From Candidatus Latescibacterota bacterium (GTDB taxonomy: Bacteria > Latescibacterota > UBA2968 > GCA-2709665), in the NCBI GenBank assembly GCA_965208835.1, contig OZ242358.1, positions 4,192,001 through 4,256,000 of the forward strand: 64,000 bases of DNA, given 5' to 3'. This document shows, piece by piece, positions 29,495 to 39,444 of the stretch. Position 1 is the stretch's first letter; each line of letters opens with the position of its first letter. The translations under genes were made by a program, and so were the position numbers. The notes beneath the pieces are model-generated. The model saw only the letters and a list, made by a program, of their open reading frames with translations. It made no database searches and was not told where the DNA came from.

Positions 29495-29737
29495 AGGCCT
29501 CGGCCTTTTCCATTTCTCAAATGGGTCGTTCCCCGCTTTGCACGTTCGAGGCCTGCTCGACGCTCACCCGCGTTCCCGCGCTCGTGTACGCTGAAATGCT
29601 CTCAGCGACCCTTTGGCCACGAGGGGGCTTCAGACCTTGTCGTTACCTCCATGATCCGCCCTGGCTGCTACAAACTGGAGCGTCTGTAGTTGGACGCGTT
29701 TCGCATCGTTGGAAGTAGGCTACGTTCCCAAGCGCAC
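29495..29737 (-). mobile_element. 5' fragment (domain I) of a group II intron; no RT ORF
   Basis: minus strand begins GTGCG and contains GCTCCAG..TGTAGCA, CATGGAGGTAACGA...TGAAGCC, AACGCGGGTGAGCG..GAGCAGGCCTCGAA, recognised from bacterial group II intron 5' ends. Confidence 0.7.
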
Positions 29738-29815
29738 TTTGAAAACGCGAGCTCGAAAATATGTTAGAGTCACACAAGGGATACGAGGAAACGGAAGCGT
29801 GAGAGAGGACAGAAA

Positions 29816-32503
29816 GTGAAACGAGAGAAAATCACGCTCGCCCAACTCGAATCCTTCCTCCTGAAGGCAGCCGACATCCTGCGCGGCAAGATGGATGCCT
29901 CGGAATTCAAGGAATTTATCTTCGGCATGCTGTTCCTGAAGCGGTTGTCCGACGAGTTCGACCGCAAACGCGAGCAGCTCCGCAAGGAGACCTACGCACA
30001 CCTCAAAGACCAGCCGGATCTCGTCGCCGAGTTGCTCGAAGACAAGACGTCCTACGGCGAGACTCTCTTTGTTCCCGTCAGAGCCCGCTGGCACGAGCCC
30101 TGGAAAGACGATAGCGGCGATCTCGTGCCGGCCCTGAAGGACCTCAAGTACGACATCGGCAACATGCTCAACAAGGCCATCGCAGCCATCGAGGACGACA
30201 ACCATACGCTCACCAATGTACTGAAGAACAACATCGACTTCAACGCGGTGAAGGGCAGGACCAAGATCCCCGACCAGAAGTGGAAAGACCTGCTCGACCA
30301 CTTCAGCCAGCCCGGGTTCGTCCTCGTCAACGACAACTTCGAGTTCCCTGATTTGCTCGGCGCCGCCTACGAATACCTCATCAAGTTCTTCGCCGACAGC
30401 GCCGGCAAGAAGGGTGGTGAGTTCTACACCCCGGGCGAGGTCGTCCGCCTCCTCGTCCAGCTCACACAGCCGGAGGCCGGCAACACTATTTACGACCCTA
30501 CGGTCGGTTCCGGCGGCTTCCTCATTCAATCCCACCAGTACGTGGAAGAGCAGGGTCAAAACGCCGACGACCTCGCCCTATACGGCCAGGACGCCAATGG
30601 CACGGTCTGGTCGATCTGCATCATGAACATGATCCTCCACAACATCACCAAATCCACCATCGAGAACGGGGACACGCTGGAGGATCCGCTCATCCTCGAC
30701 AACGGACAGATCCGCAAGTTCGACCGGGTGCTCGCCAACCCGCCGTTCTCGCAGAACTACAGCCGCGCGAGCATGAAGTTTACCAACCGCTTCCGAGAGT
30801 GGTGCCCGGAGACCGGCAAGAAGGCCGACCTCATGTTCGTGCAGCACATGCTCGCCAGCCTCAAGCCCGACGGCAGGATGGCGACGATCATGCCGCACGG
30901 GGTCCTGTTCCGCGGTGGTAAGGAAAAGCTTATCCGCGAGCTTTTCATCAATGACGACTGTATCGAGGCCATCGTCAGCCTGCCGCCCGGCCTGTTCTAC
31001 GGTACCGGCATCCCCGCCTGCGTGCTGGTATGCAACAAGACCAAGCCCGACGCGCTCAAGGATAAGGTCCACTTCATCAATGCCGATCGCGAATTTGCAG
31101 AGGGCAAGAATCAGAACCGGCTTCGCCCCGAGGACATCGAAAAGATCGATTTCGTCTTCACCCACAAGCGCGACCTGTCCAAGTACTCGCGCCTCGTGAC
31201 CAAGTCCGAGATCGTGGACACCCACGACTACAACCTCAACATCCGGCGCTACGTGGACAACACGCCCGACCCGGAGCCGGAGGATGTCCAGGCGCACCTC
31301 ATCGGTGGCATCCCTGAGGCGGAGGTCGCTGCGCTCGCGGACGACTTCGCCAAGTTCGGCGTTAGCCCGGATTCACTCTTCGAGCCGGAACGTCCCGCTT
31401 ACCTCGCCTTTCGCGAGTCCATCGACGCCAAGTCCGCCATCAGGGCAGTGCTCGAAGCGGATCCGGCCCTGCTACGAACCCTCACCCTGCACCACGACGT
31501 GCTCGAAGCCTGGTGGGCCGTCGCCAGGGACGACTTTGTCCAGCTAAAGGAGGCTAGCAACGGCGGGAAGAAGATGCCCGAGGTCCGCCATGAGCTCCTT
31601 ACCAGCCTCAAGGCCAAGCTCGTGCCGCTGGGCGTGCTCGACGAGTTCAAGAGTGCCGGCGTCTTTGTCAACTGGTGGCAGCAGATCCGCTACGACCTCA
31701 AGACCATCGTCTCCACGGGTTGGCACCACACGCTCATCCCGGATGAATACCTCACCGCCGAGTACTTCCAAGTCGAGGCCGACGCCATCGAGGCGCTTGA
31801 AGCAACCATCGCTGAAGCCCAAGGTGAGTTGGCCGAGGCCGTCGAGACTGCCCAGGACGTAAACGGCTACGAGCCCGACGAGGACGAGAAGGTCACCGCA
31901 GCCGCCATCAAGAGGGCTCTCAAGGCGCTCATCGACGACCTGAAGGGTACCACCGGCGCCTCTGCGAGAAAGGAACTCAAGGACCTCACGGACCAAGACA
32001 AGGCCATCAAGTCGATCGAGAAGCGCATCAAAAACGCCAAGGCGACACTCAAGGAAAGTGCCGCGGAGTTAGAGTTCAAGCTCAAGCTCAAGCACCTTGG
32101 TGCCGTCGACTTCAAGACAGAGACCCGGTCGTTGGTCGCGCAGGCCAATGCCCGTCTCGCGGGGCTGGATCCGAAGAAGAAGGCCGATAAGAAGACCATC
32201 ACTGCGCTCCGCAAGGACAAGGAGGCACTGAACGCCCGCATGGCCCGGACTGATACAGTGTTCGAGGCGATCGGCGGCCAGATCAGCGAGTCCGATGCCC
32301 GCCGCCTGATCCAGAAGAAGCTCTACGACTTCACCCGCGTCGAGTTGGACCGCTACCTTAGTGCGGAAAAACGGGTACTCGTGCGAGTTGTGGAGAACCT
32401 ATGGGAGAAGTACGCCATCGCGGCCGACAAGTTGGAGAATGATCGAGCGGCAACGGTCACCACGATGGGCGATCTTCTATCGGCATTGAGGTACCTGAGA
32501 TGA
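29816..32503 (+). CDS. hsdM: type I R-M methyltransferase subunit with long C-terminal helical extension
   Basis: [21 protein letters not shown] (motif I), NPPF (motif IV, m6A), HGVLFRG, YNLNI.RY. Confidence 0.96.
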   Translation: MKREKITLAQLESFLLKAADILRGKMDASEFKEFIFGMLFLKRLSDEFDRKREQLRKETYAHLKDQPDLVAELLEDKTSYGETLFVPVRARWHEPWKDDSGDLVPALKDLKYDIGNMLNKAIAAIEDDNHTLTNVLKNNIDFNAVKGRTKIPDQKWKDLLDHFSQPGFVLVNDNFEFPDLLGAAYEYLIKFFADSAGKKGGEFYTPGEVVRLLVQLTQPEAGNTIYDPTVGSGGFLIQSHQYVEEQGQNADDLALYGQDANGTVWSICIMNMILHNITKSTIENGDTLEDPLILDNGQIRKFDRVLANPPFSQNYSRASMKFTNRFREWCPETGKKADLMFVQHMLASLKPDGRMATIMPHGVLFRGGKEKLIRELFINDDCIEAIVSLPPGLFYGTGIPACVLVCNKTKPDALKDKVHFINADREFAEGKNQNRLRPEDIEKIDFVFTHKRDLSKYSRLVTKSEIVDTHDYNLNIRRYVDNTPDPEPEDVQAHLIGGIPEAEVAALADDFAKFGVSPDSLFEPERPAYLAFRESIDAKSAIRAVLEADPALLRTLTLHHDVLEAWWAVARDDFVQLKEASNGGKKMPEVRHELLTSLKAKLVPLGVLDEFKSAGVFVNWWQQIRYDLKTIVSTGWHHTLIPDEYLTAEYFQVEADAIEALEATIAEAQGELAEAVETAQDVNGYEPDEDEKVTAAAIKRALKALIDDLKGTTGASARKELKDLTDQDKAIKSIEKRIKNAKATLKESAAELEFKLKLKHLGAVDFKTETRSLVAQANARLAGLDPKKKADKKTITALRKDKEALNARMARTDTVFEAIGGQISESDARRLIQKKLYDFTRVELDRYLSAEKRVLVRVVENLWEKYAIAADKLENDRAATVTTMGDLLSALRYLR

Positions 32504-33744
32504 GAACGCCAGCCGAAGTAAGGCTCCATTCCTGTGTCACGCTTGAGAAGGGAAAGCCGCCTGCCGCGCAACCATACTACGGACCAGATGCCGACAGGTA
32601 CTTGACACCGGAATATCTGCGCATGGGTGGAGAATGCGGCTTGGTTAAGGCTGCACCTGGATCTACGCTCGTTGAGGATGGCGACACAATCCTGCTTTGG
32701 GACGGATCCAACGCTGGGGAGGTTATTCGTGGCCGAACAGGCATTCTCGCGTCGACGATGAGTCGCGCATCGCATGCTGGCCGCTTCGACGACGCTTACC
32801 TTTACTATGCACTCAAACATTGGGAGCCGTACCTAAAAGGGCAGACCTCGGGATCCGGTATCCCGCATATCGACAAAGAGATTTTCGGCAACCTTGCGAT
32901 CACTGAGTTCGAATTACGCGAACAATCCAAGATCGCCGAGGTGCTTTCGACGGTGGATCGAGTAATCGAGCAGACCGAGGCGCTCATCGCCAAGCAGCAC
33001 CGCATCAAAATCGGCCTGATGCAGGATCTGCTCACCCGCGGCATCGACGATCACGGCAACATCCGCTCCGAACAGACCCACCAGTTTAAAGACTCGCCTC
33101 TCGGGCGGATTCCGGTGGGCTGGGAGGTGCGAGATCTTCAGTCACTTCTCGCTAATGTCAGCTCCCCAATGCGGAGTGGGCCATTCGGAAGCGCACTTCT
33201 AAAGGAGGAGCTGGTGGAGTCTGGAGTCCCATTGCTCGGAATAGACAATGTTCTTCCTGAGAGATTCGTGCCCGACTATAGAAGGTTTGTTTCAACAAAG
33301 AAAGCGGTGCAACTGCATCGATATCGAGTTCGCCCTCGCGATCTGATGATCACGATCATGGGAACGGTCGGTCGTTGCTGCGTTGTGCCGGATAACATCG
33401 GCGAAGCGCTGTCGTCAAAACACGTTTGGACCCTGTCACTCAATCAACATCTGTACTCTCCATTTCTTGCGTGCGTCCAGATTAATCATTCACCCTGGGT
33501 GCATAGTCACTTCGTACGAGATGAACAGGGAGGAATAATGGCATCGATACGATCTGAGACGCTGCGCACGACGCGATTGCCAACCCCGCCACCACCGGAG
33601 ATGTTGCGAATCGAGCAGATACTGTACGCCGCAGCTGATGATCTGCGGCGGATCGAGAGCATGAAGGACAAGGCTGTCTTGTTAAAGACCGGACTCATGC
33701 AGAATCTGCTCTCGGGAGACCGCCGCGTGACCGCGCTACTCTAA
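32500..33744 (+). CDS. hsdS: type I R-M specificity subunit
   Basis: two TRDs; conserved EQSKIAEVL...[21 protein letters not shown] spacer; GPFGS; ATGA coupling to hsdM. Confidence 0.95.
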   Translation: MRTPAEVRLHSCVTLEKGKPPAAQPYYGPDADRYLTPEYLRMGGECGLVKAAPGSTLVEDGDTILLWDGSNAGEVIRGRTGILASTMSRASHAGRFDDAYLYYALKHWEPYLKGQTSGSGIPHIDKEIFGNLAITEFELREQSKIAEVLSTVDRVIEQTEALIAKQHRIKIGLMQDLLTRGIDDHGNIRSEQTHQFKDSPLGRIPVGWEVRDLQSLLANVSSPMRSGPFGSALLKEELVESGVPLLGIDNVLPERFVPDYRRFVSTKKAVQLHRYRVRPRDLMITIMGTVGRCCVVPDNIGEALSSKHVWTLSLNQHLYSPFLACVQINHSPWVHSHFVRDEQGGIMASIRSETLRTTRLPTPPPPEMLRIEQILYAAADDLRRIESMKDKAVLLKTGLMQNLLSGDRRVTALL

Positions 33745-33798
33745 CAACGCCAAGGGATCACGACATGAGTGGCTGCATCAGAAACGGAGGCCATGCAG

Positions 33799-35508
33799 AT
33801 GTGGCTCAGTGAACTGCAGATCCGCAACTTCCGAAAGATCGACGCGCTCACAGTGAGTTTTCCGCGGGGTCTGACGGTGTTGGTTGGCGAGAACAACTCG
33901 GGTAAAACGACGATAATCGATGCACTGCGCCTCATGTTGTTCTCCAGCCGGGAGTTCGACTCCCTAAGGCTCACGGAGGATGACTTCCGAATCGGAACCG
34001 AACACGCACCGATCGAGATTTCCTGCCGATTCACCGGACTTGAGGATGAGGACGAAGTCCACTTTCAAGAGTGTCTCGTCGATATCGGCGATGGCAAGTT
34101 CGAGATGCAGTTGAACGCCCGTGTTGAATTCAATGAGACGACGAATCGCTGCAACGTGAAGATGTGGGGTGGCGAGACGGAAGGCGGCTCACTTCCGTCG
34201 AACCATTACGATCGACTTGCGACAGTCTACTTGCAACCGCTGCGTGATCCCGAACGTGGCCTGCGGCCTGGCCACCATTCCCAAGTGTCCCGCCTCATCG
34301 ACTTCCTGACCAAGGAAGAACAGCGCGAAGACTTTGAAAACATCGCCAAGGATGCGAATAGGCAGATTCAAGATCTGATGCCAGTCAAAGACGCAAAGGA
34401 CGACATCAATGCGCAGATGGCAGCTATCGCGGGTAGAGAGTTGACCCAGAACACTGAATTGATCTTCACCGACCCTACTTTCCGCCGCATCATCGCAGGG
34501 CTGCAGCCTGAGATCGAAGAACTTCCGTTTGCCCTAAATGGGCTCGGATACAACAACCTAGTATTTACATCTGCGACTTTGGGCACGCTTCGGCGGAGTC
34601 GACAACTCTCATTCCGGTCAATCCTGGTCGAGGAACCTGAAGCACATCTGCACCCACAGTTACAAATGCTCCTTCTCAGGCATTTGGCTGAGGTCGCCAG
34701 CAGGCACGAAGCCAATGAAGTTCAGGTCATCGCCAGCAGCCACTCTCCCATCCTTGCAAGTCAGGCCCCGATTGACTCGGTCGTAACAGTTCACGAGGTT
34801 GATGGCAGGGTCAGTACCGTCTCAATCTCTTCCATCACGATTGACGATAGGATCAAGAAGAAGCTCCAGCGGTATCTTGATGCGACCCGGGGAGAATTGT
34901 TTTTCGCCCGCCGCATCTTGATGGTGGAGGGGATCGCGGAGGCGTTGCTGCTCCCTGTGCTGGCCAAGATTTCAGGTGGCAACCTGAAGGAGTCGTCCGT
35001 GACCGTTCTAAACGCGGATGGGATCAACTTCAACGCGTTCATTCCATTGTTCGGAGTGGAACGGCTAGTTGTGCCGGTCGTCATTCTCACAGATGGTGAC
35101 GCGAAGGAGATCGGTAGAGAGATGTCGGCAACCGCAGCCAACCTGAAAGCGCTTGAGTCTGACGTGCCCAATCTGAGCGTCGAAATGTCGGAGATTACTT
35201 TTGAGCACCAACTTGCTCGTTCCGAGGCGATGCTGCCGTACATGATTGCGGCTCTCAAGGAACTACATCCAAGGAGGGGAGAAACACTCGAACGTGAGCT
35301 CGGGGCACTTGAATCTGCAGATGAAAGAGCGAATGCATTCCTGAGTGCTTTTTTGGCATCCAAGGTGTCAAAGGGCCAGTTTGCTCAGGAACTCGCAGGT
35401 GCGTTGGACGGATGCGACCTCGGGCCCGAAGCCGTCCCCAACTACATTCGCAAGGCGCTGAGACACTTGGGCGTCCTCACGGAGAGGGTAAATGGTGGCT
35501 TCGACTGA
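33799..35508 (+). CDS. gajA: OLD-family ATP-dependent nuclease (ABC ATPase + TOPRIM), GajA-like
   Basis: IRNFR, GENNSGKT, LGYNN, EEPEAHLHP, SHS, VEGIAE, TDGD; start chosen 8 nt after GGAGG. Confidence 0.85.
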   Translation: MWLSELQIRNFRKIDALTVSFPRGLTVLVGENNSGKTTIIDALRLMLFSSREFDSLRLTEDDFRIGTEHAPIEISCRFTGLEDEDEVHFQECLVDIGDGKFEMQLNARVEFNETTNRCNVKMWGGETEGGSLPSNHYDRLATVYLQPLRDPERGLRPGHHSQVSRLIDFLTKEEQREDFENIAKDANRQIQDLMPVKDAKDDINAQMAAIAGRELTQNTELIFTDPTFRRIIAGLQPEIEELPFALNGLGYNNLVFTSATLGTLRRSRQLSFRSILVEEPEAHLHPQLQMLLLRHLAEVASRHEANEVQVIASSHSPILASQAPIDSVVTVHEVDGRVSTVSISSITIDDRIKKKLQRYLDATRGELFFARRILMVEGIAEALLLPVLAKISGGNLKESSVTVLNADGINFNAFIPLFGVERLVVPVVILTDGDAKEIGREMSATAANLKALESDVPNLSVEMSEITFEHQLARSEAMLPYMIAALKELHPRRGETLERELGALESADERANAFLSAFLASKVSKGQFAQELAGALDGCDLGPEAVPNYIRKALRHLGVLTERVNGGFD

Positions 35509-37252
35509 TCAACTCCGGGATGCTATCCTTGAGCAGAATCCGACTGACCAGCAGAGGGAGGCCATCTTTGCTGAGGAGTTGGAGTTTCTCTTGCGCGCGG
35601 CTCCAGGAAGCGGAAAAACCTGGACGTCATGTCGACGCTTTATATGGAGGGCGGCCAACTGGCCTCATCCTGTCAGCGGACTGGCCCTCCTGTCGTTCAC
35701 GAACGCTGCCATTCGCGAGTTCAAGATCGCCACAGCCAAGTTAGGGCGAAGAGACGTCCTATCCGATCCGAACTACGTCGGTACGTTTGACTCGTTTGTT
35801 GAACGCTACATTCTCGCACCGTTTGGCCACCTACTCACCGGTGCAGACAAGCGGCCAAAGCTATTTCCAGGCCCACGTCCAGGCGATTGGAATAATTCTA
35901 AACTGAAGGTGTGGCGAGACGGCAGGGGCCGCACCAAGATCCCCGTTCCGGCATGGGAAGTCATACCCTATCTGGATGGCGACAAGGTCGGATTCAATGC
36001 GTCCTCCGCATTCGGGAATCAGCCTCTCGCCGCATCCGGTGATGCTGTCCAAAAACTGTTGTCGTTGGGTTTCTATACACATGCGCAGCGAGTGTTCTGG
36101 GCTTGCAGGCTTCTCTTCAAGCGACCTCACATCGCAGAACTCCTCGCTAGGCGCTTCCCCGAGATCATCGTTGATGAGGCGCAGGACTCTAATGCATGGT
36201 TGCTCTTCCTATTGAACTTCCTGCGAGAGAAGGGCGCACGGATCACGCTCGTTGGTGACCCGGACCAGTGCATCTTCGAGTTTAGTACGGCAGATGCGAC
36301 TTCGTTGCCAAATCTGAAGACAAAGTGGTCAATTCCCGAAATGCCCTTAAGTCAGTCGTTTCGGTGCAACAACCAGATCGCAGCGGCTGTGCGTAACGTG
36401 GGCGGGAACCCATTGTTCACGGGAGCTGGGGATGGAGCAACGGAATGGCGCCGTGCGTTTGTGGTCAAAGAAACGTCTACGACTTTCTCTGATGGCCTAG
36501 CGGCGTTACAACGTCTCGCAGACAAGGCCGGAGTTAGCATCAACTCTGCCGCCGTCGTCTGCCGAGGGCATGGACAACTGCAATCGGTGCGGGGCAAGGT
36601 GAACTACACCAAGCTAACAGGCAAGGCAAAACGTTTGGCTACGGCCGCTTTCCTTCGTGATTCCCGACACGATTACCGTGGAGCATCGCAGGCCGTCGAG
36701 AGCATCGTGCGCGAACTCACAGGTGACGATCCTATGTGGGAGCGTATCGATAACGACCCGACGTCGCGCGAGCGCGCGGCTGTGGCATTGGCAGTCTGGA
36801 AGTTCGTTAAGAGCCCGAACCGGCTAACACCAGTATCTCAGCTTGGTGACACATGGATTCCTTCCATGCGAACGCAATTAGCGAGCTTGTTCGAGGAAAT
36901 CGGCTTGCCATGCGACGTGAAGCTTGGGCATCACATCAAAGCAACGGGACTCTCCGCTGCTGAGAAGGCTCTGCCGCTCTTCGAGTCGGCCCAAGAGTTC
37001 CCGGAAGTTCGGCAGGACACGATTCACCAGGTGAAAGGCGAGAGTATGGACGCCGTGCTCGTCGTCGCCGGTACAAGATTCTGGAGCTCCGTGGTGGCGG
37101 CGGTACAGCGCGGTGACAACACGGAAGATCGACGGCTGGCGTATGTAGCCATGACGCGTGCCCGCCACCTGCTCGTGGTCGCGTTACCGAAGGGGCACTA
37201 CGATAAGCACCTAAAGACCTGGTTAGAATGGGGCTTCAGGGTGGCGACGTGA
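35492..37252 (+). CDS. gajB: UvrD/REP superfamily 1 helicase, GajB-like
   Basis: APGSGKT, SFTN, DEAQD, VGDPDQ, TIHQVKGE, YVAMTRAR; overlaps OLD gene by 17 bp. Confidence 0.85.
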   Translation: MVASTDQLRDAILEQNPTDQQREAIFAEELEFLLRAAPGSGKTWTSCRRFIWRAANWPHPVSGLALLSFTNAAIREFKIATAKLGRRDVLSDPNYVGTFDSFVERYILAPFGHLLTGADKRPKLFPGPRPGDWNNSKLKVWRDGRGRTKIPVPAWEVIPYLDGDKVGFNASSAFGNQPLAASGDAVQKLLSLGFYTHAQRVFWACRLLFKRPHIAELLARRFPEIIVDEAQDSNAWLLFLLNFLREKGARITLVGDPDQCIFEFSTADATSLPNLKTKWSIPEMPLSQSFRCNNQIAAAVRNVGGNPLFTGAGDGATEWRRAFVVKETSTTFSDGLAALQRLADKAGVSINSAAVVCRGHGQLQSVRGKVNYTKLTGKAKRLATAAFLRDSRHDYRGASQAVESIVRELTGDDPMWERIDNDPTSRERAAVALAVWKFVKSPNRLTPVSQLGDTWIPSMRTQLASLFEEIGLPCDVKLGHHIKATGLSAAEKALPLFESAQEFPEVRQDTIHQVKGESMDAVLVVAGTRFWSSVVAAVQRGDNTEDRRLAYVAMTRARHLLVVALPKGHYDKHLKTWLEWGFRVAT

Positions 37253-37329
37253 CGGACGCCCGCACAAATCCGTACGAGCGACGATGTTGTTTCAGGACTA
37301 GAGCATGAAAGCGAGCAAGGAGTGTTGCG

Positions 37330-39444
37330 ATGGACGAACCCAAACCACTCGATAGCCTCTTCAGAGAGAAACTGTTCCGCATTCCCGACTACCAACGGGG
37401 ATACGCTTGGAGACGCGAGCAGTTGGATGCCTTCTGGGAGGATCTTATCAACCTGCCCAACGGTCGCTCCCACTATACCGGAGTGCTGACTCTGAACGAG
37501 ATTCCGTCCACCGACGTTCAGCAGGATGACAAGGAGTTCTGGCTGGTAGATGACCATTCGTACAAGCTGTACCACATCGTCGACGGCCAGCAGCGGCTGA
37601 CGACCTTCACGCTGTTTCTGCAAGCCTTCATCGAGGTTCTTCGCAGCTTGCCCGAAAACGAGGGTCAGGCGGATGACGCGATCTACCTCACCGAGACGCT
37701 CAGCATCGCAGCCGTCGAAAGAAAGTTTCTGTTCGAGGTGAAGCCGCCCGGGAAAGCCTTTCGCACCTACAAGTTCGGTTATGCGGTTGACAACCCCAGT
37801 GACAAGTATATGCGGTACCGAATTCTGGGTGAGGAGGGTGGTGGCATGGTTTCCGAGACGTTCTATACGCTTAATCTCAGCAATGGGAAGCGTTACTTCA
37901 AAGAACAACTGCGAGCATGGCACAAAGAAAAAGGGGTCTCAGGGCTCCAAGGCATGTACCGCACGCTGACCAAGCGGTTCCTGTTTAACGAGTACATCAT
38001 CAAGGACGAGTTCGATGTTTTCGTCGCTTTCGAGACGATGAACAACCGCGGCAAGACGCTTTCGGATCTGGAATTGCTTAAGAATCGCTTGATCTACCTG
38101 ACGACCCTCTATACCGATGAGGATCTGGATTCTGCAGAGCGCAGAGATCTCCGTAACTTGATCAACGACTCTTGGAAGGAGGTTTACTCCCAGTTGGGGC
38201 GCAACAAGTCGAAGCCGCTGAATGACGACGAGTTTCTGCGGGCCCACTGGATGATGTATTTCAAGTTCTCGCGGCAGACGGGGCGAGACTACATCAAGTT
38301 TCTGCTGGATCAGCAATTCGCCCCGCAGCGTGTCCATCGCAAGATTGTTCAGCCGGTGGCACTGGAGGAAGCCGAGGAGCAGACATCTGACGCGGATTTG
38401 GAAGCGGACGAAGAGAATGGACTGGACGAGGTCGAAAGCGTGGAGCCGAAAGTGGCAGAGTTGCGGCCGAACGAGATTCGCGAATACGTCAAGAGCCTCA
38501 AGGTGTCTTCGGGGCAGTGGTTCTGCACGTACTACCCAGAGATGTGCGACGATCTCACACCTGAAGAAACGGAATGGATTCAACGCCTGAATCGGCTGGG
38601 TATGGCGTATTTCCGACCACTCCTGATGGCGATTCTGAAGAAGTGTGACAATCCCGGCCAGCGAGTCGACATCTTCAAGGAAATCGAGCGATTCGTCTTT
38701 GTTGTGTTCCGATTGACTCAATCCCGTTCGAACTATGGCAGTTCGGAGTTTAGTAACGCTGTCCGAGCGATCAACCGTGGCGACATGGATCTTGCGGACT
38801 TGAAGAGGCGGCTGCGGAACTGGATGAGTTTTACGGTCACGGACGAGGGCCATTTCGCGACCGACCACTTTTATCTGTTGATTCAGAAGAAATTTGAGAA
38901 TGGCCAAGGCTACTACGGCTGGCCTGGCCTGCGGTATTTCCTCTACGAATACGAGCTGGGGTTGATGTCCAGCAGTCGGCAAAAGAAGGTCGACTGGGCG
39001 GATTTGCTCAAGACGCCGAGGGACAAAATCTCCATTGAGCACATCTATCCGCAATCCGAGACAGCAGCGTGGAAGCCGGCCTTCAAAGGCATCAGAAAAG
39101 GAGAACGGGAGGCGTTCCGCAATAGCCTCGGGAACCTGTTACTCCTCTCTTCCTCGATCAACTCGTCGCTGCAGAACGACGCCTTTGCCGAGAAGAAAAA
39201 GCCCAAGTACAGCCGCGATGGCAGTAAGCTCCGCAACGGTTACGCAGACGGATCGCACTCGGAGATTGAAGTCTCGGTTTTCGAAGATTGGGGGCCCGCT
39301 GAGATTCGCGAGCGCGGCATTGGGTTGATTAGATTCATGGAGATGCGATGGGACATCTATTTCGCAGATGATCAGGCAAGGGAGAAGATGCTGTTTATCG
39401 GAAGCGTCGATGGAGATGGGTCCGGTGGAGAAGTCTCAGAATGA
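37330..39444 (+). CDS. GmrSD-type fused protein (DUF262 + DUF1524 HNH), type IV restriction/SspE-like
   Basis: IPDYQRGYAW, VDGQQRLTT, FETMNNRG; SIEHIYPQ, GNLLLL...N. Confidence 0.88.
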   Translation: MDEPKPLDSLFREKLFRIPDYQRGYAWRREQLDAFWEDLINLPNGRSHYTGVLTLNEIPSTDVQQDDKEFWLVDDHSYKLYHIVDGQQRLTTFTLFLQAFIEVLRSLPENEGQADDAIYLTETLSIAAVERKFLFEVKPPGKAFRTYKFGYAVDNPSDKYMRYRILGEEGGGMVSETFYTLNLSNGKRYFKEQLRAWHKEKGVSGLQGMYRTLTKRFLFNEYIIKDEFDVFVAFETMNNRGKTLSDLELLKNRLIYLTTLYTDEDLDSAERRDLRNLINDSWKEVYSQLGRNKSKPLNDDEFLRAHWMMYFKFSRQTGRDYIKFLLDQQFAPQRVHRKIVQPVALEEAEEQTSDADLEADEENGLDEVESVEPKVAELRPNEIREYVKSLKVSSGQWFCTYYPEMCDDLTPEETEWIQRLNRLGMAYFRPLLMAILKKCDNPGQRVDIFKEIERFVFVVFRLTQSRSNYGSSEFSNAVRAINRGDMDLADLKRRLRNWMSFTVTDEGHFATDHFYLLIQKKFENGQGYYGWPGLRYFLYEYELGLMSSSRQKKVDWADLLKTPRDKISIEHIYPQSETAAWKPAFKGIRKGEREAFRNSLGNLLLLSSSINSSLQNDAFAEKKKPKYSRDGSKLRNGYADGSHSEIEVSVFEDWGPAEIRERGIGLIRFMEMRWDIYFADDQAREKMLFIGSVDGDGSGGEVSE

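Noticed and set aside
32500-33744. Phase-variable or invertible hsdS
   Set aside because: Single hsdS, no silent TRD copies, simple-sequence tract or recombinase seen.
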